Assembly: GCA_963843525.1 (NCBI GenBank)
Contig: CAWJKM010000007.1
Location: 405,188 to 469,187, forward strand
Source of the DNA: Ignavibacteriota bacterium
GTDB lineage: Bacteria; Bacteroidota; Ignavibacteria; UBA10030; UBA6906
DNA length: 64,000 bases
Direction: 5' to 3'
Shown: in pieces, positions 1 through 9,146 of the stretch
Layout: every line of letters starts with the position of its first letter
Position numbering within the stretch: the first letter of the stretch is position 1
Position numbers and translations under genes: made by a program
Notes under the pieces: generated by a model
The model's input: only the letters and a program-made list of their open reading frames with translations
Told to the model about the DNA's origin: nothing
Database searches by the model: none

Positions 1-460
1 GGTACGCCTGACAACTGCTATAAGGCCAATCTTCGGGCTCTTTAACAAGCCCCGCTTTGAGGGGGTTCTGGTGTATGTAACTTGCCAAATAGGGAACGCT
101 GTCATCTCGTTTGGCCCATTTCATTCCATATCGCCCCTGAAACAGATGGCCGCTGCGAGAAAGAGAGTGATTTAGCACTTTGGCGTAATCGCCGCAAACC
201 TGTTCCATCAAGCCTGATATTCCAAACGCCTGTAGCTGCTGGATCAACAGGTGAAAGTGGTTCGGCATGAGACAAAATGCCATTATGAGGAGCTCGCTGG
301 GGTTGAAGTACTGATTGATCAACTCCAGGAACTTCCTGTAATTCCGCTCCGAATGAAAAATAACCTGCTTATTGACACCTCTATTGTAGACGTGGAACGC
401 TTCGTTGCATGAGCGGATCATCTCAGATCGGGAATGTGCCTGCCGCGGAAATCGATTCAT
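1..460 (-). mobile_element. IS200/IS605-family HuH (Y1) tyrosine transposase, RAYT-like. The 5' end is complete (ATG at 458-460); the 3' end runs off the window start.
   Basis: Manual reverse-strand translation gives MNRFPRQAHSRSEMIRSCNEAFHVYNRGVNKQVIFHSERNYRKFLELINQYFNPSELLIMAFCLMPNHFHLLIQ...GHLFQGRYGMKWAKRDDSVPYLASYIHQNPLKAGLV... The HuH motif (HFHLL), GHLxQGRY and YIHxNP blocks are typical of the PF01797 transposase family. The ORF track omits it because it is window-truncated. Confidence 0.72.
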
Positions 461-683
461 TAGAATGTCCCTTGCTGTTCTGTTCGTTCGAAGATGGTCT
501 TCATATCGGCTTCAAGCATGCGGGACTTACGATTGTACTACGGACCAGTGGCCCATTGGGACTTCACTTGCGGCGATTTTCCATTTCTGTAGATGGTTGA
601 TTCCAAGTTGCCCGGTCCCAAGTGAAGGCCCTCATCTATCTATACGGCGCGCCCGGCCGATTTCCGACTACGAAAGGAAAAAA

Positions 684-705
684 GTGGCAGCCTAGGCAAC
701 CGTAG
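684..705. repeat. REP-like imperfect palindrome copy A: gtgg-GGCAGCCTAGGCAACC-gtag, preceded by an A-rich tract
   Basis: 16-bp near-palindrome centred on CCTAGG. Related copies at 747-762, 1961-1976 and 2071-2086. Sits about 225 bp upstream of the transposase start. Confidence 0.5.
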
Positions 706-744
706 ATTCTTCAAACGATCTTGCGGCAGAGCCGGCCGAAAAAG

Positions 745-764
745 ATGGCAGGCTAGGCAACCTT
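745..764. repeat. REP-like palindrome copy B (GGCAGGCTAGGCAACC), preceded by gaaaaagat
   Basis: Same motif family as 686-701, and the same A-rich 5' flank (gaaaaag[at]gg). Confidence 0.5.
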
Positions 765-1434
765 CTTTTCTCTCTTTGCACGATTGATACTTCAAGGCTC
801 AACAGCGTGTTCGATGAGAACCCCATCTGTGCTCCCCCTTCCAGGTGCGCAAACAACTTGTTTCCCACCCTGCTAGGAGCTCATCGGCGACAGAATCTAC
901 CGATACGTCCATGGACACTGACCAGCATCGCTCCAATTCTCGCGATGGCGATTCTCAGTGCAGGAATTGCATCCGGTGAGGGAGACCTCCTCTAGAAGAC
1001 GGCGCACGGCAAACTCGAAGTCGGAAGGAAAGAATCTCCGCTTAATTACGCCTACACAGTCCCCCTGAGCAACGACGAGATGCCCCTGATCCTGAGCGAT
1101 CAACCTCTGCAGACAAGGGTCTCAAGGACGTCTTTGAACGTATCCTCCGGGAGGAAGCCAACGAGATCCATACGGTCGAGTGCGTTCTCGATGCTCAGAA
1201 AACACCGATCTCCCCCTCGATACGGCACAAGGCTTTAACGACCGGCGGCGGTGGCGGATCGACGGAGGATCTCTTTGAGGCTACCAGGATCGATTCGAAG
1301 AGTGTCGCAGGAGGAGTCTATCGCAACTCTCCCGGATAATTTGAAGGTGTGAAGTGCACCTATGACGCCACATTCACGTCACCAGTCTGGAAGGAACCCC
1401 CGCCCAACTACAGTGGCGCCGCAGCAATTACTAG

Positions 1435-1728
1435 CCTCCAGGGAAAGGCGGCCCTTGTTTTCTTGAAAGCGGGCGAACGGGCATTGTCGCTGCGGTCAAA
1501 AGAACAATTGTCGTGAGCAGCCACGCCGATCTGGATGGTCCGAAGGGTATAGACATCGTGGAAATGATGAAACTCGATCCGGACCCGGAAAAAGCCAGAA
1601 TCGCGCGAGTCGATGTGAATGGAGAAACTGCGGTGATAACTCTTGAACAAAAGACAAAGGTGTCAAGGGAGACTACTACCATCAATCTCAATTTGGAAGA
1701 TGGACAGTGGAATGTCTCCCCTCGATAA
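1435..1728 (+). CDS. Small hypothetical protein, possibly a gene remnant
   Basis: Open frame only, with a GTG start at 1513 in the ORF track. No recognisable motifs. Embedded in a repeat-rich non-coding stretch. Confidence 0.15.
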   Translation, partial: PPGKGGPCFLESGRTGIVAAVKRTIVVSSHADLDGPKGIDIVEMMKLDPDPEKARIARVDVNGETAVITLEQKTKVSRETTTINLNLEDGQWNVSPR

Positions 1729-1956
1729 GCCCACTCAAATCATCGGCGTCCCTTTCCTAAGGACTCTTCATGCTTCGTGCTACTAGCGCGCGGCTCTCCA
1801 TGGAGCGTACTACATTCCGGGCTCAGGACCAGACCTGAGCCCTTCGCACTGTAACTCCCAGGGGTGTGCGTTTAGACACCTAGCGGCGTCGGAGTTTTCT
1901 TCGGGACAGGTGTAAGCGGTCAAGCTCTCGATCCGTCATTGACAGGTAGCCAAGAA

Positions 1957-1978
1957 AAGTGGCTGCCTAGGCAGCCAG
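1957..1978. repeat. Perfect 16-bp palindrome GGCTGCCTAGGCAGCC (copy C), preceded by agaaaagt
   Basis: Exact reverse-complement symmetry. It is a member of the same repeat family as copies A, B and D. Confidence 0.5.
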
Positions 1979-2062
1979 GAATATTCTTCCACAACGCGGG
2001 CACCCTACAGATCGACTCCAAACGAGGAACTCATATCTTGGGCCGCTATGTTTTTGCCCGGC

Positions 2063-2094
2063 AAAAACATGGCAGCCTAGGCAACCATGTTTTT
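2063..2094. repeat. Extended 32-bp palindrome aaaaacatgg-CAGCCTAGGCAA-ccatgttttt (copy D)
   Basis: Core GGCAGCCTAGGCAACC identical to copy A. The 10-bp flanking arms are perfectly inverted. Lies about 390 bp upstream of the sensor-kinase gene start. Confidence 0.5.
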
Positions 2095-2482
2095 TCCCCC
2101 AACATCAGTAATCCCCCCCCTTTTTACGCAATGGCCCCCCCTTTGTGCACTTAACAAAGCCCTCCGGCACCGTTTCCTGCCCCTCCTCAAAACAACAGCC
2201 GATTTCCGGTCAATTGTGCGTGTTTCGGAACAGAAGAGAAAGGGGCTGTTGGTATGGAAATTGTACCTTTTCATAGTCGCACTTGATAGAGAACCGTTCT
2301 GGAGGGCTATGTAGAAGCGATTTTGGGAAGTCTACTTCTGGGGATTAGCAATGCTCTGTTCCCTGCGACATAAGGTACTCCTGCAGCAAACATACCCCTC
2401 TGCTCTCCACCTCCAGAGGGGCAACGATTGCCTCCCTCGTGGGTCATCCGCCGGGAACAGTCCCATCCGTTTATGGCTCTTG

Positions 2483-5400
2483 ATGACGCTGGTGCTTCTC
2501 GCATCAATCCACCCCGGGAAAGTTCTTGCGCTTGACCCTCATAAAAGTATCGGCCAATACGGGCACGATGTCTGGCTGCGACAAAACGGCCTCCCGGCAA
2601 ATATCGTGAATACCCTCCTCCAGTCCAGCGACAGCTATCTCTGGGTCGGAACGACATCAGGCCTCTATCGTTTCGATGGCGTCCGCTTCAGCGAATGTTC
2701 CCTTGACACGCAGAAGCAGAAAATCTCAGAAACCATCGCCGCCGTGTGTGAATCGTCGGACAGGAGCATCTGGGTCGGAACGCTGTATGGCGGCCTGCGC
2801 CGCATTAAAGACGATCAGGTATCCATGTTCGGCGAAAAGGAAGGCTTGCCCGAACGGCAAATCCGAACCCTGTTCGAGAGCCGAGCCGGCCATCTCTGGG
2901 TGGGCACCACCAATGGGCTGTTTCGATCTTCTGGAAACACCTTTGTGCCCGTCCCCGTCGACCAGACCTTTTTCACCGGCATCACAGAGGATACCCAGGG
3001 AAGGATCTGGGTAGCAACTCATGACGGGGTCCGGATCTTCGACGATGAACGGATGACGTTGCTGCAGAGCCTCAGAACTGCAGAAGGACTCCCCGATAAA
3101 ATCACCACAGCGATTGCGTCGGATAGCAAGGGCAGTGTTTGGGTAGGGACTTCCCACGGTCTGTTCAAATGGAAGAACGGATCGACAACCGTGTATTCGA
3201 CAGGAAATGGCCTTCACAATGACCATGTCGGTGCAATGCATGAAGACAAAGACGGCAACTTCTGGGTCGGCACGTTTGGAGGTCTCTATCGCGAGCGCGA
3301 TGATGTCTGGACTTCCTTCACCGTGGATGACGGGCTGAGCAATAACCAGGTCCTCTCGATTACCGAAGATCGAGAGGGGAGTCTCTGGGTGGGAACACTC
3401 GAAGGATTGAATAGATTTAAAGATGTCAACCTTACGACGTATACCACGAAGGACGGGCTCGGTAATGACTACGTTTCAGGGATCGCCGAAACTCCTGACG
3501 GGGCAATCTACTTTCTCAGTAATGCAAACTCAACCGTTTCCTGCCTGCGAAACGGGCGGATGAGTACGTTTTCAAGCTCAGTCGGACCTACGTATGTCGC
3601 CCGCGACGGGAGCCTCTGGATCGGACAGAACGGCACACTGATCAATATCAGGAATGGACACATCACACGGTTCGATACCACTGCAGGTTTGCCCGCCAAG
3701 TGGATTTCCGCAATAACGGAAGATGCGCAAGGGTTGATCATCTTCGTGGATCATACCGGCTTGAAGAGATTTACCGGCGGTCGGGCCCGGCCTTTCCTCT
3801 TGCGGGATGGCAGGATGTATCCTTCCACGGAATACGTCGAATGTTTCTATACAGACCCCGGCGACACGCTATGGGTCGGGACGACAAATGGTCTCGTGCG
3901 AATGTATCGCGGGGAGTATAGCGTGTTCGGCACAGTCGATGGGATGGCCGATTACTGGGTGAGCGCCATCTATGATGATCACCGGGGAAGCCTCTGGTTT
4001 GGATCCGCGAATGGCGGATTGACCAGGTATTCGAACGGCAGGTTCACCGCCTACTCCGCGAAGAGCGGACTCTTCTCCAATGAGATCTATTGTGTTCTCG
4101 GCGATGCCCGGGGCGATCTCTGGCTGGGAAGTTCCCGGGGGATCGAGCACATTGCCAGAGCGGATCTGGATGGCTATGCAGCCGGAACATTGCCCGCGAT
4201 GTCGTCCCATGTTTATTCTATGGTGGACGGCATGAAGTCTGATGCATGCTTTGACGAGTGGCAACCCGCCGGAATCCGCGCGACAGACGGTCGCCTCTGG
4301 TTCTCAACGAAGAAAGGGGCGGTAATGATCGATCCGGGTGCCTTCAAACGGAACGAAGTCGTGCCGCCGGTCAGGATCGAGAAAGTGGTTGTCGAACAAC
4401 GAACAGTCGCTCCGGAACAGAAGCTGGTATTCGAGCCCGGCACAAAGAATCTCGAATTCCATTATACTGCCCTGAGTTTCCTGGTTCCCGAGCGCACGCT
4501 CTTCAAATACAAACTTGAGGGGTACGATCGAGACTGGGTGGAGGCTGGAACACGGCGCGCAGCCTATTATACGAGTCTCCCCCCCGGGAATTACCGCTTC
4601 CGGGTCATTGCCTGCAATAACGACGGACTGTGGAACGAAGACGGAGCGGACATCGGAGTAATCCTTACCCCGCACTTTTACGAGACATACTGGTTTACCG
4701 TCCTGGTTGCCGGTGTGATCCTGGCGTTAATCGTCCTCATTGTCAAGATGCGGCTCAGAACACTGCAGAGAAGGGAAAAGGAGCTCGAAAGAATCGTCCA
4801 TGTCAGGACAAAGGAGGTGCAGGATCAACGGTCCTTCCTTCGCAAAGTCATTGATTTGAATCCGAGCTTCATATTCGCAAAGGATTCTGAAGGGAGATTC
4901 ACCCTTGCCAACCGCGCGCTCGCTGAGGCATATGGGGCGACATCCGACGGCCTCATCGGAAGGACGGATGAGGCATTCAATCGTCACGGCGAGCAAGTGG
5001 ATAAATTCCGTGCCGATGATCGAGAAGTTTTTGAATCAAAGACGGAGAAGTACATCCCGGAGGAACGATTCACCGGGGCGGACGGCGAATCGCGTTGGCT
5101 GCAAGTCTCGAAAATCCCGATTACAAGCGAAGAGGGGACTGTGCAGCAGGTGCTTGCGGTAGCCACCGATATTACTGCGCAGAAAGCCGCAAAAGAAGTC
5201 GCCGAGGCCGCTACCCGTTCCAAAAGCGAATTCCTCGCAAATATGTCTCATGAAATCCGGACGCCGATGAACGCGGTGATAGGGATGTCCGGTCTTCTGG
5301 GCGACACAAATCTCGATGCAGAACAACGGGAGTTTGTCGATATCATCCGGACCAGTGGCGACACGCTGCTCACGATCATCAATGACATCCTGGACTTCTC

Positions 5401-6775
5401 GAAAATCGAGAGCGGCAAGCTCGAACTGGAAACCCAGGCGTTTGATTTGGCCCGTTGCATTGAAGATTCGCTGGACCTTCTTAGTTCAAAAGCATCCGAG
5501 AAGAGCATAGAACTGGCGTACCTCCTGGACGCGAGAACTCCCCGCGACATCGTGGGAGATAGGACGCGCCTCCGGCAAATCCTGATGAACCTCGTCGGCA
5601 ACGCTGTGAAGTTTACCCAAAACGGGGAAGTCATCGTTTCGGTCTCATCGAAATTGCTGCAGGATGATGAATATGAACTGCAATTTGCCGTTCGGGACAC
5701 CGGGATAGGCATACCGAAAGACCGGTTGGATCGATTGTTCAAGTCTTTCAGCCAGGTCGACTCTTCCACGACGCGGCACTATGGAGGAACGGGATTGGGG
5801 TTGGCGATCAGCAAGAGATTGAGTGAGATGATGAAGGGGAGGATGTGGGTGGAGAGCACGGAAGGGAAGGGTTCAACGTTCTCGTTTACGATCATCGCGA
5901 CGGCCGCGCCCAGCATTACCCGCGTGTCGCGGAAGGATGGGGAATTGCAGCTGGACGGGAAAGCGGTCTTGATTGTCGACGATAATGCGTCTAATCGACA
6001 GATCCTCACTCTGCAAACCCAGTCATGGGGAATGAAACCGACGGCTGTCGCTGACGGCCGCCAGGCCTTGGAGCTCCTCAAGCAAGAAAAGAAGTTCTCT
6101 CTGGCAATACTTGATATGCAAATGCCGGAGATGAATGGGGCACAGCTTTCCATCCAAATCCGCCGGACTTCAGGACTCCCGGCGCTTCCTCTCATATTGC
6201 TCACATCTGTGTCTGAGAGTAGCCGTCAATTGCGTGAACAGTATGGCGAGCTCAGCATTGCAGCCCATTTGAACAAACCCGTCAAATCGTCGCAGCTCTA
6301 TGAGACCATAGTCAGTGTTCTCGCCGATCACATAACAACAGAGCAAAAAGATCCGGTGAGCGAGGCCAAAGCTGTTGAGGGTGGTACAACGAGGAGACTC
6401 CGGATTCTGGTCGCCGAAGACAACGTGATCAATCAGAAAGTAGCCGTCCGGATTCTTGAACGATTTGGGTATCGTGCGGACATTGCTGCGAACGGCGTCG
6501 AGGCCATCGAAGCGATTCGCCGTCAGTCCTACGACCTGGTATTCATGGATGTCCATATGCCGGGAATGGACGGCCTCGAGGCAACACGGCACATTTGCAG
6601 CGAGTGGCCAACCGGGCGGCCCAAGATCATCGCGATGACTGCGGATGCGTTGCAGGGGGACCGTGAGCAATGTCTGGAAGCCGGCATGGACGGGTACATC
6701 AGCAAACCTGTCCGTGTAGAGGAACTGCGGACTATTCTGGAGAAGTATGAGGCGGAAGTCTGTGACCGCGTGTAG
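2483..6775 (+). CDS. Hybrid sensor histidine kinase/response regulator. Periplasmic beta-propeller + Y_Y_Y sensor, TM helix, PAS, HisKA/HATPase, and two receiver domains. No DNA-binding output domain.
   Basis: Repeated 'LWVGT..GL.R..G' propeller repeats; TM helix FTVLVAGVILALIVLIVKM; H-box SHEIRTPMNAVIGM; G-box GTGLGLAISKRL. REC1 is LIVDDNASNRQ...DMQMPEMNG; REC2 is ILVAEDNVINQ...DVHMPGMDG. The ORF is open from 2351. I prefer the ATG at 2483 because it begins a hydrophobic signal-like segment. Confidence 0.85.
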   Translation: MTLVLLASIHPGKVLALDPHKSIGQYGHDVWLRQNGLPANIVNTLLQSSDSYLWVGTTSGLYRFDGVRFSECSLDTQKQKISETIAAVCESSDRSIWVGTLYGGLRRIKDDQVSMFGEKEGLPERQIRTLFESRAGHLWVGTTNGLFRSSGNTFVPVPVDQTFFTGITEDTQGRIWVATHDGVRIFDDERMTLLQSLRTAEGLPDKITTAIASDSKGSVWVGTSHGLFKWKNGSTTVYSTGNGLHNDHVGAMHEDKDGNFWVGTFGGLYRERDDVWTSFTVDDGLSNNQVLSITEDREGSLWVGTLEGLNRFKDVNLTTYTTKDGLGNDYVSGIAETPDGAIYFLSNANSTVSCLRNGRMSTFSSSVGPTYVARDGSLWIGQNGTLINIRNGHITRFDTTAGLPAKWISAITEDAQGLIIFVDHTGLKRFTGGRARPFLLRDGRMYPSTEYVECFYTDPGDTLWVGTTNGLVRMYRGEYSVFGTVDGMADYWVSAIYDDHRGSLWFGSANGGLTRYSNGRFTAYSAKSGLFSNEIYCVLGDARGDLWLGSSRGIEHIARADLDGYAAGTLPAMSSHVYSMVDGMKSDACFDEWQPAGIRATDGRLWFSTKKGAVMIDPGAFKRNEVVPPVRIEKVVVEQRTVAPEQKLVFEPGTKNLEFHYTALSFLVPERTLFKYKLEGYDRDWVEAGTRRAAYYTSLPPGNYRFRVIACNNDGLWNEDGADIGVILTPHFYETYWFTVLVAGVILALIVLIVKMRLRTLQRREKELERIVHVRTKEVQDQRSFLRKVIDLNPSFIFAKDSEGRFTLANRALAEAYGATSDGLIGRTDEAFNRHGEQVDKFRADDREVFESKTEKYIPEERFTGADGESRWLQVSKIPITSEEGTVQQVLAVATDITAQKAAKEVAEAATRSKSEFLANMSHEIRTPMNAVIGMSGLLGDTNLDAEQREFVDIIRTSGDTLLTIINDILDFSKIESGKLELETQAFDLARCIEDSLDLLSSKASEKSIELAYLLDARTPRDIVGDRTRLRQILMNLVGNAVKFTQNGEVIVSVSSKLLQDDEYELQFAVRDTGIGIPKDRLDRLFKSFSQVDSSTTRHYGGTGLGLAISKRLSEMMKGRMWVESTEGKGSTFSFTIIATAAPSITRVSRKDGELQLDGKAVLIVDDNASNRQILTLQTQSWGMKPTAVADGRQALELLKQEKKFSLAILDMQMPEMNGAQLSIQIRRTSGLPALPLILLTSVSESSRQLREQYGELSIAAHLNKPVKSSQLYETIVSVLADHITTEQKDPVSEAKAVEGGTTRRLRILVAEDNVINQKVAVRILERFGYRADIAANGVEAIEAIRRQSYDLVFMDVHMPGMDGLEATRHICSEWPTGRPKIIAMTADALQGDREQCLEAGMDGYISKPVRVEELRTILEKYEAEVCDRV

Positions 6776-6854
6776 AGGTCACTATCCGACTGTTCCCCAT
6801 CCTCGCCTTAACCATGGTGTCACACTTCACTGGTCTGCCACGAGGAACACACGA

Positions 6855-6885
6855 GGAACCCGGCGTGCGTGCCGGGTTCCTTGTC
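6855..6885 (+). terminator. Rho-independent terminator candidate downstream of the sensor kinase
   Basis: GGAACCCGGC-gtgcgt-GCCGGGTTCC: a perfect 10-bp stem followed by TTGTC. Confidence 0.5.
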
Positions 6886-6989
6886 ATCCAGTAGTTCGCC
6901 AGTAGCGTCATACGCAATCTTGGAATTGTGAAGCCGTTAATGTACTTTATTCTGAAATCTTAAAATTCCAATGCCGGAAAGCCTCTCCA

Positions 6990-7844
6990 ATGCCAGAAAT
7001 ACTGTGGCGAAGGTCGTACCTGCGGTATTTTCTACTCTCTGCAATTATGTCAGCCACCCTTACCAGCTTCTCCTTTTCCCAGGAGGAAGAGGAAGCCGAA
7101 GTTGAAGAAGAGCAACCCTGGAACCTCTCGATAGACGCGAATTATCTCAGTCGGTACACACGATTCGGTGTTGACCTCAGCCAGAATGAACCCGCAGTGT
7201 CGCTCGAGGCAGCGCTGCTGCACAGCTCCGGCTTGAGCGCAGGCATCGCAGCAATTGGCTTGACCGGAGAAAACGGAGGCTACGAGGAATCTTCATTTCA
7301 CCTGGGTTACGAACGGCAGTTGATGAACGCGCTGACTCTTTCAGGAACATACACCTACCACCTTTACAGGAACGATTCGTTGAACGCGCTTACGGGGATT
7401 TCGAACACGCTTACTCTTGGCGCTGCCCTGGTGGTCAAGGGGATTCGATTGTCCGCTTCCTACAATCTCTACTTCGGAGGCGCAAGCGCAAACTACTTCT
7501 CGGGTGGACTGTCAACGACGGGTGTGATCGGAGATTTAACTATTCAACCGGCTCTCGAAGCCAGCATCGTATCGCAGGAGGTTGATATCAGTCTTCTCCC
7601 CAAGAACCGCGGGAAGGGGAAAGGATTGTCTAAGAAGCCCGGCGTTGCCACAACCAGTGTTGTGACAACCGAGACTATACGGGGACTGAGCAATTTTAGG
7701 GCCGTCTTGACGATGAGTTATCCTCTGGGCAAGGGGTTCACCGTCTCACTTGCGCCGGCGTGGGAATACTCTCCGTCTGATCTCGGGGGCACGACTTCAC
7801 AGTTCATTGTGGCTGTGGGGGCGGGGTATTCCGTCGATTTTTGA
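6990..7844 (+). CDS. Hypothetical outer-membrane beta-barrel protein
   Basis: N-terminal hydrophobic signal and an acidic EEEEAEVEEE linker. Alternating amphipathic strands and a C-terminal ...YSVDF, where a terminal Phe is typical of OMPs. Confidence 0.4.
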   Translation: MPEILWRRSYLRYFLLSAIMSATLTSFSFSQEEEEAEVEEEQPWNLSIDANYLSRYTRFGVDLSQNEPAVSLEAALLHSSGLSAGIAAIGLTGENGGYEESSFHLGYERQLMNALTLSGTYTYHLYRNDSLNALTGISNTLTLGAALVVKGIRLSASYNLYFGGASANYFSGGLSTTGVIGDLTIQPALEASIVSQEVDISLLPKNRGKGKGLSKKPGVATTSVVTTETIRGLSNFRAVLTMSYPLGKGFTVSLAPAWEYSPSDLGGTTSQFIVAVGAGYSVDF

Positions 7845-7891
7845 CGTTTGGATGCCGGGTGGTGTTTTTTCTCACATTGATCGCACACCCC

Positions 7892-8968
7892 ATGATTCGC
7901 AAATTGCTTTCTCCCTGTGGGTTGTTGTTCTTGACCCTTCTTTTCGTGTCATCTTACCCCGCTTTCAGTCAATCCGTTCGTCCGATCAGGGATGACGTAG
8001 GTTTCTGCTGGCGCGCGGCCGAGATGGATTCTCTTATGGGTTACCTTGCCGCGCATCAGGAACCCGCCCCGCGACCGGACGGTACGATCATTGGAGGGAT
8101 TTCCCCACATGACGATTTCCTGTACGCGGGTCGCGTATACTATCCGCTCTTTGCGATGATGAAAGCGCCCGAGGTAATCGTCATTGGCCTCACCCATGGA
8201 ACGGTCCGTAAAGAGGTCGGCGATCTCCGCGGGGTTCTTCTCTTCGACGACTTCGACCAGTGGGCGGGGCCGTACGGGCCGGTGAGCATTTCGCCCCTGC
8301 GCTCCTATGTCTCGGCGCATCTTGATACGGCTTTCTGGCGCACGAACAGAAAGGCGCAGATGGTGGAACACTCCATTGAAGCAATTGTCCCGTTTCTGCA
8401 ATACTATCAGCGGGACGTAAAGATCTTCCCGATCATGGTGACTGCAATGTCGCTCGATCGAATGAAAAGTGTGGCCGAAGCGCTTTCTTCCATTGTCGCG
8501 GGATACGTCAAAGAACGCCACCTCGTTCTGGGGAAGGATCTGGCCGTGATCATCTCCACCGATGCGAACCACTACGGTGCGGATTTCGGGAACACTCCCT
8601 TTGGTGAGGATAGCATTGCCCATGCCCGCGGGACTGCACTGGATCGGGAAATCATCACCGATGCGCTTACGGGGACTGTCGACACGGATCACGTTGCGCG
8701 ATTTGTAGGTTATACGTGGGGCGCTCATCCGACCGACCCCGGAAGAAGCCTCTGGTGTGGGAAATTCTCCGTCCCCTTTGGGCTCCTCTTTGTAGCGGAT
8801 CTGGTAAAGAGTACATCGGACGCAAGAGTGACGACCGTGCCACTTGCGTATTCAGACACCTGGACGGAAAAGGTGCTCCCGCTAAGGGGTACGCACATGG
8901 GGACCACCGCACCATTTTCTCTGAGGCATTGGGTGGGGTGGTGTTCGGTTGCATTCGTAACACGTTGA
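7892..8968 (+). CDS. MEMO1-family protein (AmmeMemoRadiSam system protein B-like), secreted
   Basis: ISPHDDFLYAGRVY resembles the MEMO PHAGYxYSG motif, and HSIEAIVPFLQYY and ISTDANHYGADFG blocks match MEMO1. The signal peptide is MIRKLLSPCGLLFLTLLFVSSYPAFSQ. The ORF is open from a TTG at 7841 that overlaps the upstream stop. Confidence 0.6.
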   Translation: MIRKLLSPCGLLFLTLLFVSSYPAFSQSVRPIRDDVGFCWRAAEMDSLMGYLAAHQEPAPRPDGTIIGGISPHDDFLYAGRVYYPLFAMMKAPEVIVIGLTHGTVRKEVGDLRGVLLFDDFDQWAGPYGPVSISPLRSYVSAHLDTAFWRTNRKAQMVEHSIEAIVPFLQYYQRDVKIFPIMVTAMSLDRMKSVAEALSSIVAGYVKERHLVLGKDLAVIISTDANHYGADFGNTPFGEDSIAHARGTALDREIITDALTGTVDTDHVARFVGYTWGAHPTDPGRSLWCGKFSVPFGLLFVADLVKSTSDARVTTVPLAYSDTWTEKVLPLRGTHMGTTAPFSLRHWVGWCSVAFVTR

Positions 8969-9146
8969 GCGCCATCTTGTCCATTCGCACGATCGAATCT
9001 TCGGGGTCGTGAAGGCCAGAGCCACAGCTGGCGCAGGAATTGTAGTGTAGGAACCGCACAACTCGTTTGAAATTCGCCACGCAAATCGGTACTATAAGAA
9101 CGCTATTTGATCGCGCTGACCATGTGATCTGTAGAATGAGTCCCCC

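Noticed and set aside
82-270. 62-aa plus-strand ORF from the track
   Set aside because: It lies antisense to the recognisable Y1 transposase reading frame on the minus strand.
1818-1840. Hairpin GGGCTCAGG-accaga-CCTGAGCCC in the non-coding region
   Set aside because: No T-tract follows and it is not near a gene end. It could be a degenerate REP member but is not similar to the CCTAGG family. Noted only.
5248-6670. Several 140-173-aa minus-strand ORFs
   Set aside because: Antisense to the histidine-kinase and receiver region of the hybrid sensor. Spurious high-GC ORFs.
7949-8728. 259-aa minus-strand ORF
   Set aside because: Antisense to the MEMO-family gene. No supporting features.
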